Shown here: one piece after another, positions 63,298 to 64,000 of the stretch
Layout of the letters: every line of letters starts with the position of its first letter
How positions within the stretch are numbered: position 1 is the stretch's first letter
Assembly (NCBI GenBank): GCA_026417995.1
Contig: JAOACF010000003.1
Location: forward strand, 1,737 to 65,736
Source of the DNA: Negativicutes bacterium
Lineage (GTDB): Bacteria > Bacillota > Negativicutes > Sporomusales > JAOACF01
Direction: 5' to 3'
DNA: 64,000 bases
Notes under the pieces: model-generated
Told to the model about the DNA's origin: nothing
Seen by the model: only the letters and a program-made list of their open reading frames with translations
Databases searched by the model: none
Position numbers and translations under genes: made by a program

Positions 63298-64000
63298 ATG
63301 GCTCAGGGACCTTCCTTCTGGTTTGATACCCGCATTTATTTGGCAGTGTCTGCCGCACTTCTGGTCGTTATTGGGTTTTACAATCATTATGCTGCCGTTT
63401 TAGGGGCGATTTTGCTGTATGTCCTGTATCTGTACGGACGCGAACGGCAGCTCGAGCGTCAGAAAGCCCTGACGGCTTACCTTGAGTCCATGACTCACCA
63501 TATTGACCAGGCCAGTTATTATGCTTTGCAAAATCTGCCGCTGGCGATTGCCATTGTTGATCAGACCGGGGCAATTCACTGGAGCAACAGCGTCCTGTCA
63601 GACTGGGCCGACCAGGAAATACTCCCCGGCCAAGCGATACAGGACATCTGGCCGGAGATGCCGCTGGCCAAGATGCAGGACCAGGCAGGCATGGAAATTG
63701 TGCATTTCGGACCGAAGCATTACCAGATCATCTTTAAGCCGGTGGTTGACTATCACGCCGAGCAAAAACTGATGATTCTGTACATCACCGACATTACCAG
63801 CACGGAGACGGTGCGGGAGGAGTGCCTGGGAGCCCGCCCGGTTATCGCGCATATACAAATTGATAATTATGATGATGTGCTCAAGGGCCTGAGCGAGAGC
63901 CAGCGCACCGCGATACCGGCCGAAGTCAATCAGAAGCTGGTGGAATGGGTGACCGGCCTGGACGGATATTTGAAGAAGTACGGCGAAGATATCTACATCG
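63298..64000 (+). CDS. gdpP: c-di-AMP phosphodiesterase GdpP (YybT), N-terminal part; continues beyond the right edge
   Basis: Own translation from ATG 63298: MAQGPSFWFDTRIYLAVSAALLVVIGFY... (2 TM helices), a PAS-like segment, then VIAHIQIDNYDDVLKGLSES (degenerate GGDEF start). No stop in the window. Confidence 0.85.
   Translation, partial: MAQGPSFWFDTRIYLAVSAALLVVIGFYNHYAAVLGAILLYVLYLYGRERQLERQKALTAYLESMTHHIDQASYYALQNLPLAIAIVDQTGAIHWSNSVLSDWADQEILPGQAIQDIWPEMPLAKMQDQAGMEIVHFGPKHYQIIFKPVVDYHAEQKLMILYITDITSTETVREECLGARPVIAHIQIDNYDDVLKGLSESQRTAIPAEVNQKLVEWVTGLDGYLKKYGEDIYI

Noticed and set aside
1-64000. CRISPR arrays, transposases, integrases, prophage or defence-island genes.
   Set aside because: No spaced direct repeats and no such coding sequences were seen. 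The gene content is housekeeping or metabolic throughout.

Overview
This window is the replication-origin region of a Firmicutes chromosome. It is probably a spore-former of the Clostridia/Negativicutes type, because remB, yyaC, noc, jag, ykuS, yybS and gdpP are present. The minus-strand block gyrB-remB-DUF721-recF-yaaA-dnaN-dnaA ends at a DnaA-box-rich oriC. The plus-strand block that follows is rpmH-rnpA-yidD-yidC-jag-mnmE-mnmG-rsmG-noc. Compared with the Bacillus layout, several metabolic modules are interleaved with the conserved genes: (1) DUF2935/DUF378/L,D-transpeptidase/glycolipid GT/split MetH; (2) aspA-hydF-class V aminotransferase-DUF554, directly after soj-spo0J; (3) selA-selB; (4) a three-ORF glutamate synthase; (5) two livJ paralogs plus livHMGF and a CBS-ACT gene; (6) a CDF exporter; (7) selD(Sec)-yedF-DUF3343-mscS-DUF951; (8) pflBA; (9) an Fbp/Pot-type ABC transporter. 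The window then ends with ychF, rpsF-ssb-rpsR, yybS and gdpP. The strongest non-coding calls are a ykkC-family riboswitch before glutamate synthase, a ZTP (pfl) riboswitch before pflB, an unclassified terminator-containing leader before the CDF gene, perfect parS and Noc-binding palindromes, and an in-frame UGA (selenocysteine) in selD that the ORF track splits. I saw no CRISPR array, transposase, integrase, tRNA or rRNA. I found no clear-cut novel multi-gene system. The most open items are the hydF neighbourhood, the unclassified leaders and an orphan locus at 47.6-49.3 kb. All calls come from reading the sequence and the track by eye; no searches were run.
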